In this document: positions 12,218 to 25,812 of the stretch, piece by piece
Layout of the letters: every line of letters starts with the position of its first letter
Position numbering within the stretch: the stretch's first letter is position 1
Source of the DNA: Spongospora subterranea f. sp. subterranea
Taxonomy: Eukaryota
Length of the DNA stretch: 64,000 bases
Assembly: GCA_049724395.1 (NCBI GenBank)
Contig: JAUGWO010000057.1
Coordinates: 1 to 64,000 of the forward strand
Reading direction: 5' to 3'
The notes under the pieces: generated by a model
What the model was told of the DNA's origin: nothing
What the model saw: only the letters and a program-made list of their open reading frames with translations
The model's database searches: none
Position numbers and translations under genes: made by a program

Positions 12218-14269
12218 AGGTGATTGCGACAAACTGGGAATAATTGTGGCAAATGTGGGAATGGTATTGCTGTGTCTGGTGGGACCATAGTCTCTCTCTA
12301 TCTCTCTCTCTCTCGGGCAGCTGGCATCATTCACCACTGCAACCTCTTCCATCCCCCCCCTTTGATCTGAGTGATCTGGTGGGGGAGGAGGGACCCACCA
12401 AATCACTTCAAAGGTTTAGTGAACCCGACGTGAAACGATGACCAAGGCGATGACCACCGTTCGAGGGAAGTGACTTGCTGTCAGGGTTGGTTTCGGTGGG
12501 ACAGCAGGTCCCTATTGATTTTCTGTTTTCTTAAACGTCTCTTTTGGTGTGTGAGCCAAGATTAGGATTTAGGTGTTTGGCGATGGGCATCAAGATGTGA
12601 CAGGCAACAATAGCAGAGTGAGGTCATCAATCAGGGGGATTATCATCATCGGCTACGTGAGAAATCTGGAATCATTTCTTGAAAAACACGAGGGAGCGGA
12701 CCTGGACCAATGGGCCTCTTTTCTACGAACCGTGGAGTTTGAGAACTTGATGCAAAGGGAAACTTCATGGCAAGGAAGGAGATGGGCCATTTTGATACAG
12801 CGATCGACCACAACCAACTTTCACCACCCCAAGGACACAGGGAGCTCAACTAAAAGGTTCACTGAGAGGAACGACCAATGCCGGAAGGGGAAATGGGAAG
12901 TGGTCGTACTATAGTCGGCGCTCCCTGTGTCCTTGGGTTCGTGATAGTCTTTTTGGTTGTGGTCGATCGCTGTATCAAACTGGCACATCTCCTTCTAGTA
13001 CCAGCTGGCATTTTGTTTTTGCTCAAGTTTGTCAGACACCATGGGTTTTCATCGTTTCAGATCATGGTCCTCCATTTTATCACTCAGTTTTGGAAACATC
13101 TTCTACTCCGTTTTATGCGAAAGAGCATCTCCACCGCGCCGAATCAAAGCACCGCGTCAAACCGAACCATGCGCTAAGAACAATTTATTTTCCGCACCAC
13201 AAACTACAGTAGAGGCAAGCAACTCCTACCCGACGCCATACTGGCCCATACATCGATCGCAACATGGATATATCCCCATGGAGAAAAAATCGGCGAGAGA
13301 CGACATAGGAGGATGAGGATGACGACGTCGTCGACGAATTGTTTTGGATGATGAGTAGAATTTTTGCCCGAATCCCTGTCGGAGCGTGGGGTTATCGGAT
13401 TGAACGCCACCTCAATAATCGCAATCGTGCCGATGGGTACAATGAGCTTTTCCGCTAATGCGACGTGATTCCATATCTCCCTCCCCGGTTCGTAAAGCGA
13501 ACTATGACATTCCCAAATTCATGTTCCCATCATTTCGCCATTGATGTCAATGTACCACGTATTCAATCGTCGACATGAAGGGTGAATATCGCACGATCCT
13601 GAAATGATAAGAACTTCATATCTCGACTGAGATGTAGAATCTGATATTTGTCGTGTTCCTCTGTTATATATATATCGAATGCGGTTTACGTATTTAAAGT
13701 TGGGTTTTGAAATGTTCTAAATTTGAACCTGTTCAAGTTGCTCGATTCGCGTCGCCTATAACACAATCTATTTTACTCCTCAATAACACCACCGCTCAAT
13801 GTAATCAATGTGGTTCTCTTCTACGCCCTGATTGCGCAAAAGCGCCACCACAATACAAACGCGTCGGTTTACTCTACAACAGGGCATTTCTGTATTTCAA
13901 TGTTCCGACACGAATGCCTTCATCTAATGGGAATGGGATCCAGTTCTGTCCATCTACCGAGTGGGAGCTATCTCCCCGACTCAGTTCTGCCCATCCAACG
14001 GTCATCAGCTCTGCCCATCTGTATGCAGCGGGAGTCAGGGCCGGCCACAGCCTCTGGCCACCCAACGTGTAGGAGTGCGCCACGTCCAGGGCCATACGGT
14101 CGCACGTTACGATGTTGCCAGCCAGGGCGCAAGCCCTCATCCTCCTTTCACCTCACGACCCCCCATTCCCCATTCTCCTTCACCCCAGATCGCCATCTGT
14201 CCGATAGTGAACGAGCTACCACAGCGGCCAACATCATCACGCGTTTCATCGTCGTGGAAACTCGCCACG

Positions 14270-15897
14270 ATGTCAGGGAGACAGATCACGGGTTCCCAGG
14301 AACGAGTCCCGTTGCGAGCGCGAGACGTTGTCGACCATCCACACGCAGGTGCTGTCCTGACAGGAAATCTAACAGCTTGGGACGCCTTCTCTACTATAAT
14401 CAGTAGTATCATTGGTTTGTCTGCTTATGAATGTCGCCAATCCAGCAACTAACGTCGCAATCGCAGGGAGCGGGATCTTCGCCACTCCTGGCTTGGTCTA
14501 TGCGCAAACCGGTTCACCATGTGCATCATTGTTGGCCTGGGTGATGGGCGGCGTATTAAGTTTTATAGGAAGCTTGTGCTATGCTGAATTAGCTACAGGC
14601 GACGTTGACTGCGGAGCGGAACTAGCCTATTTCCAGAAAGCGTTCAATCGACATGTGGCGTTTGCCTTCGTGTTCGTGTCGTTTTTCGCTTTGGCTTCTG
14701 GAAGTATCGCCATCGAAGCGACTGTATTTTCGCGTTATCTTCTGGCGATATTCGACATCGACGCGTCCATACTCAATGTCGCCATAGCAATGGGCTTGGT
14801 CGTTTTTTTGGGTTTTTTGAACCTGAATGGTTGTCAGCAATCCGCCATGATCCAAAAAGCAATGGTTGTTTTCAAGGTCGCTGCAGTCCTATTGCTAATA
14901 TTGGTACGTTCATTAACACAAAGGAAATCGTCAGTCAAAAGATGAACATGTCGTCAGGGCGCAATTTTCGCCCCAGCTCACGCGCGGCAAGGCGCCAAGT
15001 TTGACAATCTTGGGACATGCTGGCAAGGAACGGTTTCCAGTACATTTGGAATGGGAATGCTGGGTTCGTTATGGGCTTACTCGGGCTTCAACTCTATCTG
15101 TGCGCTATCGGAAGAGTTTTCCAATCCGCAACGGGATCTGCCTGTTGGCGTCACATGTGGGATGATTGTCGTCACTATACTATACGTGTTGTCAAATGTG
15201 TCTGTCTCGTACCATTGTCACATACACATGTCTGATCTATCTTTTTTGCCATTAGGGCTTATATGCTGATAATCCCGGCGAACGTCTTTAAAGAGTCGCG
15301 CTCGGTTGGATATGCGTTCGCCATTTCTGTTGGAGGAACAGTATATGCCGACTTACTTTCGCTATTGATATTGATGGCGACTGCCGGTGCCGCCCATTCT
15401 ACGATTTTTGGGTCATCCAGAGTATTTTTTGCTGCTGGAAGGGACGACCTGTTTTCCGGTTTTAAACTTACCTGAAGAATGTCGCTGTCGAATTTCTAAC
15501 GTGTTCCTTTGCAGATCGGTTCAAAAGGTTGAATTCGCATGGAGTCCCGTCCTACTCGATCATCGCTCTATGTGCATGGTCCTGCGTGCTGATATTGCTG
15601 GGCGAGCACTTATCATCGTTGATCGACTACTCTGGTGTCGCCACATGGTTCTTCGCAGGTCTCGCTGCGATTGCCATGATCAGACTACGAATATCTACTA
15701 GCGAAACGTTCCACATTCCATTCTATCCCATAACTCCATTGGTATTTGCCACAGGGTGCTTCGCTTTGGTCATCTCTGGATTAGTCGACGACTTTTATCC
15801 TTCATTATTCGTCATTATTTTGATCACCGCATCGACGCTTTATCATCGAATATTTCATAGAGTAAGATCTAATGTATTAAACTTGGAGATTCATTGA
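14270..15897 (+). CDS. APC-superfamily (L-type/SLC7-like) amino acid permease
   Basis: SSII/GSGIFATPG, GSLCYAELAT, WAYSGFN, EEFSNPQRDLP and SSRVFFAAGRD; ~12 hydrophobic segments; four short introns. Confidence 0.92.
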
Positions 15898-15907
15898 AAA
15901 CGTTAAA

Positions 15908-17941
15908 CTATATGATCAATGTCTGGCGGTGACCAGGATTTGCACGAATCGCAGCTTGCTCGGGCGTTTCAAAATACTTGGAATCAACTGGCTTAAGGCG
16001 ATAATGAGTTCCCATTGCGACCAACATCACCACCCCCATTGTGTACAGCGTTGAATGATAGACGAACATTGATGGATCAATAAGCCCCGGAATCAGTTCA
16101 GATAAGTTTTTCAAAGTAATACGGCCAGTAGAAATGGCTTCATTTGCATCAGACAACGCGATCCCGAAGCGACCTTCGAATACTGCTGGGTCTACTTTAG
16201 CTAAAAGGTCCCTAAATGCACCTTGGGTACTTTTCTCGCGAAGTGTGAGCAGTAGTGTCGGACCAGCGATAGCAGCTGCGGTGGATCCTAACAACATCCT
16301 TCCTAACAAAACTAAGCAAATTTGACCATAAACGGAAATGGGTTGAATACCATGGTTTGAGCCAACGTATTTGGGGCCAAATTTCCAGCTCTCATATGCA
16401 GGAAGTAGAGCATACATTCCTCCCATAATCGAAACAATGGCTACAGACGACCCAATGAATGCATAAAACGGAGCTGGGGTTTGAGTGCTAGCAACGGCGT
16501 CGATAAGGGTGGGCATCGCCATGAACAAAACTGCAGACGAGGCAGTCATTGCGTGGACGGTTGTTCTAAACCCAATATTCTGTGCAATCAAAGGCCAGAA
16601 AAGGCGGCCAGAGAGATTTCCTGCTGCTAAAGCCATAACGAACCTGACTCCAAATTAGATATGCGATGAACCAATTTTGACACTTCTTACGCAGAACCGA
16701 CAGCTGGAGTCACTAATGAGGGAATTGTGGAGGCAAACGTTTGTAGCATTAGAGGTTTCGCAACACTTAATAGCGCGAGACCACCACTGGATACACAAAA
16801 GAAGGTTGCACATAGCTCCCAGAACTGGGGGAGTTTCATAAGAACATCGTGATGAACATCACCTGTTGCTGGGTACCTTCCTCTTACAGGAAGAACAACA
16901 GCTTTCGGGGCCTTGGCATCAACAATAGGAGCCTTGCGTAATCCCCAAGCGGAAGCAAGCATAACGCCCATATAAACAGCACCAAGTGACATGAGGGTCT
17001 CTGCAATGCCAGTAGATCCAGTACCAACAGCGTCCAGTATCCATCCGCGAAGAATGTGGAATTGGACGCCATGACGACCTCAATCAGCTTCCCTGACACA
17101 TCAGCAAACAATATCCCGTTTTCAGGAACAACGTTGCATGATCCAGGAGCTCCGATAAATTGTGGAGCGGTTCTGAAATATTCCATAAGCTTCTGCGCAA
17201 CCGGAGCAAACACAAGAGCACCACTCCCAAATCCTGCAACAGTGATTCCCGATGCTAACGCTTTCTTATCGGGAAAGTATTCCATCCTAAATTGTTCAAT
17301 TAGAGATTCGCCCAATGAAGGTAAAATGGGACTTACAGGACTTGCAAAGGAGGCGTGTATGCCAGTCCAATACTGATCCCGCCAAGGACACCGTAACCAG
17401 CATATACTAGAGCTAAATTATGATGAAGCAGACCCGCCCCAGCTAACCTTGTGATTAAATTAATCAGCAGTTGAGTAGCTAGAAAGGTGAACGTCTAGGC
17501 ATACATCATTCCACCACCAAAACAAAGTCCGGCAACGCCAACGCAAATTGTCGGGCCTACCCGATTTTGCCAATTGCCCACTAATGCAGACGTTATACCC
17601 TGTCATTGAAACAATTGAGAACCAGAATCAATTATGCGTTGAAAAAAGGTCGAATCGATGTGGGGAACGGTTGGGTGGTGTAATTTGGGGAGAAGTACCT
17701 GGACTGCAAAAGTGACAGACATAACACCCGCTGTGGCGGGAAGGCCCCAATCACCTGCCGAGGTTGCCACAATGCCGAGCTCCCGCGTCATTGGGTCGGC
17801 TAGCAGACTCCAGGCATAGGGCGAGCCGATACAGAGGTGGCCGGCCACGGCCGGGATCGCCATCTTCCACCGCCCATCCGTATTCGGACGCCGCCGCGCC
17901 TCGGTTCCAAACCTGGTCACAAGCTTGGACCATAGACCCAT
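15908..17941 (-). CDS. MFS transporter, oxalate/formate antiporter (OFA)-like (multi-exon; apparent frameshift ~17034)
   Basis: HLCIGSPYAWS, YFPDKKALASGITVAGFGSGA, GNLSGRLFW and MGGMYALLPAY...FGPKYVGSNHG are typical OFA-type MFS motifs. Confidence 0.88.
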
Positions 17942-18284
17942 AATCAAGTGAAAACCCGACACTGTAAAATACGGCTCAAACTACACTGGTTCAAAGACTA
18001 CAGATCAGAGGCCGCCGTAAAAAAAAAGGAGAATCATGTTGCACTTTCGCATGTGCCATCGCTGTTTTCTTCCGCGTCCCGCTCAGTGAAAGTGAACATT
18101 AGGAGGCGACGGCACGGGAAATTTCGAGGCCGCAGCGCGCACTTCGCATGTTTTGACTGGCGCGCGACTGCATGCAGCATATACGGCAACTTGTCGCTGC
18201 AGCAGTGTATTGTCATTTTGTGGAGTCTCAATTGTTTTTTGTGGTAATACACGCCGAAACCAGGTTCTCTGTGCGCGCCGGCCG

Positions 18285-21200
18285 ATGGCGTCTGGTCGCA
18301 CCGGCTGCTACCAGACGGCAATCAATGTCACGCCGTCACCCAAAGCCGTGGTCAATTCAGGGGATTTTTCATATTTCTCTGATAAGGGGATCAGCCCATT
18401 GCCATATGCGTTAAGCGAGTTCATCGACAATTCGTAGGATCTGCTGTAGTTTATTGCGTGCGAGGGAATTGTTTTAATATTGTCTCAGCCTAGCTGCCAT
18501 TAACACGCTCATGGCTGATTCGCCAGCACCTGACCATGCTGCAACTCCACTGGGCGTGACTGATTCGCCAGCACCTGACCATGCTGCAACTCCACTGGGC
18601 GTGACTGATTCGCCAGCACCTGACAATCCAACAAACCCGTTGGGCGAGATTCACATTACGTTCGATCGGATCAACGACCAATCTTTTTCTCGTAATATGG
18701 TCAGTTTCTCGTGTCGCAAATATTTTGCTACATCTGTTAATATCAATATGTGTCAATAATAGTCGAGTGTTTAATGTCTTCCTGTTTCTGTATTTGTCGT
18801 CATTTAATCACAGTTTGACTTAGGGATAATGGCTGTGGAATGGATGAATCAACTCTTCGCGATTTTGCCATCTTTGCATTAAGCCCCGAAGATCGAGCTA
18901 CGCCAAAATGCTCATTCTCCTCCAAAGAAGAACTTCTCACCAATCCCATGCGAATGTAAGTATCCTCATCAAAAGCTTCCTTCGAGTACTCTGACGATAT
19001 TTCAAGAAACTCTCGAATAAGCATGTTCGGCGTTGGTGCGAAAATGAGTGCTTTTTTTATTGGACAAAATTTGACCATGGTCACTAAATCTAGTTCCGCA
19101 TCAGAGGTATTTATTTGCCGCTTTTTCCATTCACATATCAACCTCAGTGTTGGATTCAGGTTCTGGAATATCGTTGTAACAGCTCAGAAATGATAAACGA
19201 GTACAAGCAAGAGGTATTTGGTCGCTTCGATGCCCTCTTAATTGGCGTTAATCGTGTTGGTCTTCAAAGGGGACACAATGCTATAGTAAGGTTATCAATC
19301 ACCGGCCTGTGGGTGCGGTATCCGATTCAGAATTATCTCGGGAGGCTGCATTAATTCCCAGAATTCGCGATATGATCGAAAACAAAGAAAAATTGCACGG
19401 ATCGTTCACATACGCAGTTGTTTCCAACGTCAGACGTGAATTCGTGAGCAGATTTGAACAGCACGCACGCGATACCGTGTTCAGTCTTTCTGAGGTGTTG
19501 ACGATTGTTGAGATGCTTTATGGTAAAACCAATCTTTTTTTTTGAATCAACAGATTTATCATTGGTATCTTCACGGTCATCCGACGCTAGCATCTGGAAT
19601 TGGTGGAATGATTTCGATTACATTCTCCGTCAACAACGGACTTGTGTTAGATTTAAAGTTGGTTTGCTACAGCATGAAATCTTTTTCTCAGGTATTTACT
19701 TGTTTGTTTTCTCAGAGATGTCGATAGCTTGCAGAAGCAACTTCTCAGTCTCCAAAAAAATACTTTTTCATTTTCCGTAGCAGATGAAATCGAAGATGTT
19801 GCAGTATTTGGCAGCATTTCTTATTTCCCATTCGACGAAGTAGAAACCCTCCCCCGGTATTCTACCACTTTAAAAAAGTGGACGGATGTTGAGCAGAAGC
19901 TTGATGAAGACTCCGATTATGGCGATGACATTGTTTCCGGTAGTGATCCAACTGCTGCTTTAGATAATTATGGCCCCGTTTTTTCGTGTTGGTGGCAAGG
20001 TATTTTTGAATCCACTTGTTTGCCCTTTCTGCTCCTCATCTTGTTCAGGCCGGTTGATACCAATGACTTCTGTCGATATTTTGAAGTGGATGAAACCGTC
20101 TTTCAATCCGAATTCTCGGTGCAGAATGCGGATAAAAGGGAATTTATTTTTTGACAGCAATTTCAGAGTCACTCAAAACAAAAGCACGTACGCTCAACAC
20201 ATTGGATAGTATTATCGTACTGTTGAACGGCTTTAGTTTCACAGATGACCTTTGTGCCATGCTAGAAAGCCCTCGAATGGTTGCGCAAGCCTGTGATGGA
20301 TCAAAAGGCCCGCAAGCGAAGATACAACGTGAAGGAACACGTACCAAACCGAAAATCACGGAGCAGTTTAAGTCATGGATTAGTACCTGTGAATCATTAG
20401 ACAAAGAAGTTCAATTCACTAACCTGATTGCTGCTGATGTACACCATAAATGGAGAAGGTATGACAGAACATATCGGCATATGTGCAGTTAACATAATTT
20501 TCCCGGCCAGCTGGCTTGGATATGAAGAAATGCACGTTAACAACTTGGTTTTCAAAGCTGGCGACGTTATACACATCAAAAGAAGCGTCCCAAAGTCCCC
20601 ACAATTTGCGAAGATAGTCAAGTTTTTGCGTCAAAATCCGAACCCCATAGACAGTTTCGAATCGTATCCTAACTGTAGTTACGTCAGCGGTTCAGACCGC
20701 GGCCTCAGATGCGAGATTGTTCCTCTGCCGGAATGGCATTATTCCCAAGAGAAAGTTTCATATAGTAATATGGAGATTGTCTAGCTTGGAATATTGCTGA
20801 CTCAACAGTTAGTCAAATTGCGGTTTATCGATAAAACGATGCCGCGAGACGTCGTCGATCAGGAGCTGAAAACTTTCACGCAAGGTTTGTTGAAGTTTCT
20901 ACCCCATAGATTGGAGGTCATTCCGTACAATCCGATTCCGACGAGAGTCGCCGCAGGATTTATGTTCCCTAACACTGATTGCCAAGTAAAATTATGCAAT
21001 CTGGTTGGTTCATGGTGCGTGTTAATATTTCGTTCAGGTTTTATCTAGTTCAGGTGAGGCGCTGAGCTCCATTCCATTTGAAGTCGGTCGTAAAGCTTTC
21101 AAGATTTGCCAAACATTTTACAAGAAGTCTGGTCTTACAGAAAAGGTATTGTAGCTATTCATACTTGATTGTGTGTATGCTGACTCTTGCTCAGGAAATC

Positions 21201-24200
21201 AAACGTAATGAATCACAATCTGCGCAAGGGAAAGTAATCTCGTTCTGGGAGATTGACACTCTGTTCAAAACTCCTGGCAAGTACGCTGCCAAATTCGAGA
21301 TTTTTGATTACGTCAGTCGAGTCCCTGATGCAATTTTGTCAAAACGGTTCGATTTCGTCGTCGTTCCTGATGCCCCAGCTAAGATTATTCTCTGTCCTCC
21401 CACTGAGTACTTCAATTCACCTGTTCATTCGCCAGTTTGTTGATTTCTTTTTAGCTTTCCATTAACAATAGTGCTAGGCAGCGTCAGTACTGGTTCCGCA
21501 CGTGTGAAACTAGTAGACAAGGTAGGGATTGTCTGCGTAAACAGTGCATTGTTCAAATCGTGGTTTAGTTTGGCAATTCATGCGTCCCTGATGAAGTACA
21601 CCTTGCTAACCTTGTTGCGAGTCATCCGAAGCTGTCAATTCGAGTGAAGTTCGGTGTGTCTGATGGCGATGTTGTTATTGCTCACATATTTTCTGAACCT
21701 TTGCCTGATAATTGCGGTGGATATCTCCCTTTAGGAGAGGAAATTGTAACAGTGCTTTCGTCCACTTTGACTGACAGATTACTGATTGTTTATATATAGA
21801 CATCGTTGAACATCGGCATCAAAGGCCAAACTGATGTCAATGTTTCCATCCCTGTTAAATGTGCTTCTGGAAATGTTTGCTCGATCAGTTGGGCAGAACA
21901 GATGATGCCGCCGACTTCTGCCATGAGCGGCGAGATCTTGCCGACATTTGCTGTTCAGTTACTCGATCGTTTTGGAATGCCAGCTTCATCGTCCCAGTCC
22001 ATCAAAGCTTTGAGTATAAGATTAAGAGAAACTGATGCCAGAATCGATGGTGTTGCCGATAAGCCAGTTCGAATTCCATGTTCTCGTTTTACACCTTCGG
22101 GGTTGTTTTTGGTCCCGCCCTTTAGGATAAATAGCGGTTTGTCGTCAGTCACGATTTTGGCCTCATTGGCGTTCAACAAAGGCCAGAAGAACGTGCAAGG
22201 AAAGGTCCTGGAACACAGTGTAACCATTCTGCCTGGCATTACTCCTGGTAGTGCTGCAATATCTGTAATCGGAGTAGAAGGCGATCCTCCTGCAGTTGTT
22301 GCTGGGTCTGTACATTCGCTGCAATTGCAACTTTTTGGAGAAAATGGTCTTCCATGGTCTTTGAAAAATGTTGCGATCGAAAACTATGTTGTTGAATGCG
22401 CCGGGGAAGAAATGCCTATGACTTCCAATGGTTCGATTTACAGGCCTTTATTTTAATTGAACACTAATGTGCACTTAGGAGTTTTTGTAAACGCTATAAC
22501 TTTTCCGGAAAGGATTAAAAGCAGCTTATTCAAACTCTCAGTCTATGTAAAGTTTGGTGAAGAAAAACTGTCCTGTTTTACAACAGTGCGGCTTATTCCT
22601 GATGTCGGCGACAAATGGGGTGTCTTAATCAGGCCTCCAATCCGATGCGGAAATGTTTTGGGCGATTCCATCCAGATTTTCCAAGAGGATCAGTTTCACA
22701 ACCGCGTTACCATCAACGAAACCAATGGTCCGAAAGTATCCTTCCAAGGTCGCTGTTCCGTGCAAGGAAATCTTTTACCGTGTTTAAATGAGGATAGAAC
22801 TATTCTCACGTATCCTCGTAATTCTTCACCGCATTGCGCTCTGGTCACTTTTGACCGCTTCATGTATTTGTTCAGAAATCGTCCTCGTTGGAAACGGACC
22901 TGGTTATTCAGTCTTAGTCAATGGAAAATCAATCTCAGATTTCGAGATTCAGGAAGGATCACCGTCAAATTTGCTGTTGGAGGTGGAAGGTGATCCCCGT
23001 ACGTTTTCCCAAAATATCAATAATCCGTATGTGGAAAAGAGAAAAATCTGGTGGTTTTTGTTATAATTTTCTCTTTACAGTTCTGACGCGGTCGACATCC
23101 CTGTTCTTTCAAAAAGCAAGATGATATTTTCAATCCGTTCCGTGGACGCATCTGGAACACCGACCACTCGCCCCATTTTCGTTCGTGCTGAGTGTCAGTA
23201 TGGGACCGTTCAAGCGCTTACAACAAATGTTTCGCACGTGGTCAAGTTCCGTATATCATTTGACGTTCCCGTAAATCAAGCATCTGTCTCGATCACATTC
23301 ACTTGTGACAGCATCAAGAGCCCAATGGTGTGCTCTTTTCCCGTCCGAGTAGGCTAATTATTTTCCACTTCGGTTGCTGATGTTCTGACCGAGTTCGATT
23401 TTTAGCCATGGCTTTTGCAGGTTTGTAAGATACAAATCGATCCGTTTCCTGTAGAGGTTCAAGCAGGGTCTTTACTGCCTCCGTTGTCTGGAAGGTTATT
23501 GAATGTCGCTGGTGTCCCGATATCGTTGAAACTTCTTCCCGGTGTATTGAGCTCCATGTCGTTATCTGTTATCAGTACAGGTGGTGCTCGTAAATTTCCA
23601 TCAACTCGCATCTGACTGACTTATGCGGTGTTCTCTGTTTAGAAACCAAACGGGATCTTGGCAATGATTTTTTCGGGACCGCGACCTTACGAGAATCAGA
23701 CGGGAACTTTATGTTCGCTCCGAAGAATATCATAACTGCCACTGGTTTATACTCTCTCTCCTTTTCGTATGGATGGTTGATGGTTTTCAAATCGTTCTTC
23801 ACAGTTTTGATAGGTATACCGAGAGCCGTGATGATGTTCTTGAACTCATCCCTGCCCATGAGGCAATTTTATATTCGATATCTCAGTTGCACATTGTTCC
23901 TGCCGCACCCGTGCGCCTCAAACTCTATGATCCGTCTCTTCCGGATAGTACAACAGTTGCACGTCCGATATCCAACCTTCTTTACATCTCAACCGAGGAT
24001 GAATTCGGTTGGTTTTCAGTCAATATGGGTGATTATGGTCGCTTAACTACACTAGGCAACGAGACTCCGTTCCGTTTTAATGAGGAGGATCTCGCTAAGC
24101 TTGAAGTGACGATTCTTAATCAAGCTTGGAGCCATTTATCCAGACCTATTTTGCATATTGATGAAAGAGGTCGCATCGTCATCGGGGGACTTACGCGTAA

Positions 24201-25772
24201 CGTCTGAAGATTCTGCTGACGTTCTTCCTAATGGGACTTATATGCTCTTATTTCGCTTGTCATCCCATCCGAATTTCTTCCATTGTTCATTAGATTTTTT
24301 CTACTCCTCAGATGTGCGTTGCTATTACATCATCGTTTTATTCTGCTAACTGTAGTTCTAGGTCAGGGCCGTCACCGATCTGCTGGAATTAGCAACTGAA
24401 GAACGAGATTTGCAGATCGCTCTGAATCAACTTCGTGATGAACTTCATTTAGTCAATGAACAATCGTCTGCAATCACTGGTATTTTTTATATTTTTGCTA
24501 ATTTACAATATTAAATGGCATTGCTCAGAGAAGCTGGATTCTTGCCGCGACTCCCGCCGGGAAATTATGGCTCGTTACGTTGCGGCAGGACATGATACTG
24601 CCCCAGAGCAGCTTCTTCGTGATTCCATCAAGGAAAAGTCTAACATTACTGCCCAAATCAACAGCTCAAGGAAACCGCCTCGCCTTGGAGTGAGCAGGCA
24701 TCAAAACTTACAGGATATGGGCGATTTTATTGGGATTATTGGAGCGTTAGGTACTTGCTCTAACCTCAACGATTGCCGCCTAGGTTTAGCCAACAATATT
24801 GGTGTACCGTCGGTTTTGATTTTTATTCTTTGTTTTAGTGTCTTACGCTCTTCGGGATAAACTCAGCTGTCCAATATTTCGTAAGATATCATCTCAAATG
24901 TCTCGGACTATCAATATGAGACATTTTTCCCTTGTAATGGTTTCAGCGTCGTCTGATAGTTTTAAATACTTATAATAACCTCTCTCAGGAACTTATGCCA
25001 CGAAGGCCGATCCCATCGTTGTCGCATGTCGAGAAAGTAGTTGGACGTCATTCCCGGAAATGGTCCAAAGATCCTCGAACTCTGTATTCTCTGTTAATTA
25101 GGGATCCCTCTATTACCCCAGAGCTCTTTAAAAATATATTCTCCTCGCTAGTTGGGCAGTTTATTGTTATGGAAACGTATGCCGATGGGATCGCGTTCAA
25201 ACGATTCTGCGTTCAACAGAAGCTAAACATTGGCAATATTCTCACCTATGGTTCGATTCTCTCAGTGATAGATTCAAAGAGCTAAAAGCTGTTTCATCAG
25301 ATGGACACGTAGTCATGTCCTCCGGTGAACTTGGAGTCTCCATTCCTGCAATGCAGTCATTTCAGCACTACGTTGGTACGTCTCCTGGTTTGACGTAAGA
25401 TCAATTTCAATTGATGGCTATTGATGGTCAGGGTTGGAACCAGTTGAGCTTATTGAGAAATTGCAACAATGCGAATCTCGTATCGGCAATCTCGAGAAAC
25501 ATCGGCGATTGGGTACGGAAGAAGCAAACTTGTTGACCAAACTAACCCAAGATAGCGCTATAATTACAGAGTACGTTGATATCTTCAGTTTCGTTGTCTG
25601 AGTATTCAGGTTTACTGTTTTCAGTCTTGAACAGAAGATTCTTCAGAAAGAATCAATGATCGACGCGATTATAAAAAAAATTGACTCAGCAGATCGTTTA
25701 TCAACTGCAAGAAAGCGGAGGCGAATCACACCGAGTATCTCTCGGCGACGCTCGAACGAGCACCTACGTTGA
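18285..25772 (+). CDS. SMCHD1: SMCHD1-like protein: GHKL ATPase + long beta-rich middle region + coiled coil/SMC hinge (many introns)
   Basis: SGDFSYFSDKGISPLPYALSEFIDNS, DNGCGM, ISMFGVGAKMSAFFIG, PVFSCWWQG/RLIP and GNLFFDSNFRVTQNK match the SMCHD1 ATPase/transducer motifs. The C-terminus has DFIGIIGALG...NIFSSLVGQFIVMETYADGIAFKR...ILTY/DGHVVMSSGELG (hinge) between coiled coils. Stop TGA at 25770-25772. Confidence 0.85.
18515..18624 (+). repeat. In-frame 45-bp coding tandem repeat (2.4 copies, DSPAPDHAATPLGVT)
   Basis: ctgattcgccagcacctgaccatgctgcaactccactgggcgtga repeated exactly within exon 2 of the SMCHD1-like gene. Confidence 0.95.
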
Positions 25773-25812
25773 TTAATGGGGTCTTTTATAATAATACATA
25801 AATAGCTAGATT

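Noticed and set aside
12500..13650. Short ORFs between the GT7 and APC genes (also 38700-39380, 54830-56150, 57600-60300)
   Set aside because: They are interrupted, carry no recognisable motifs and form no consistent splice model; left unannotated.
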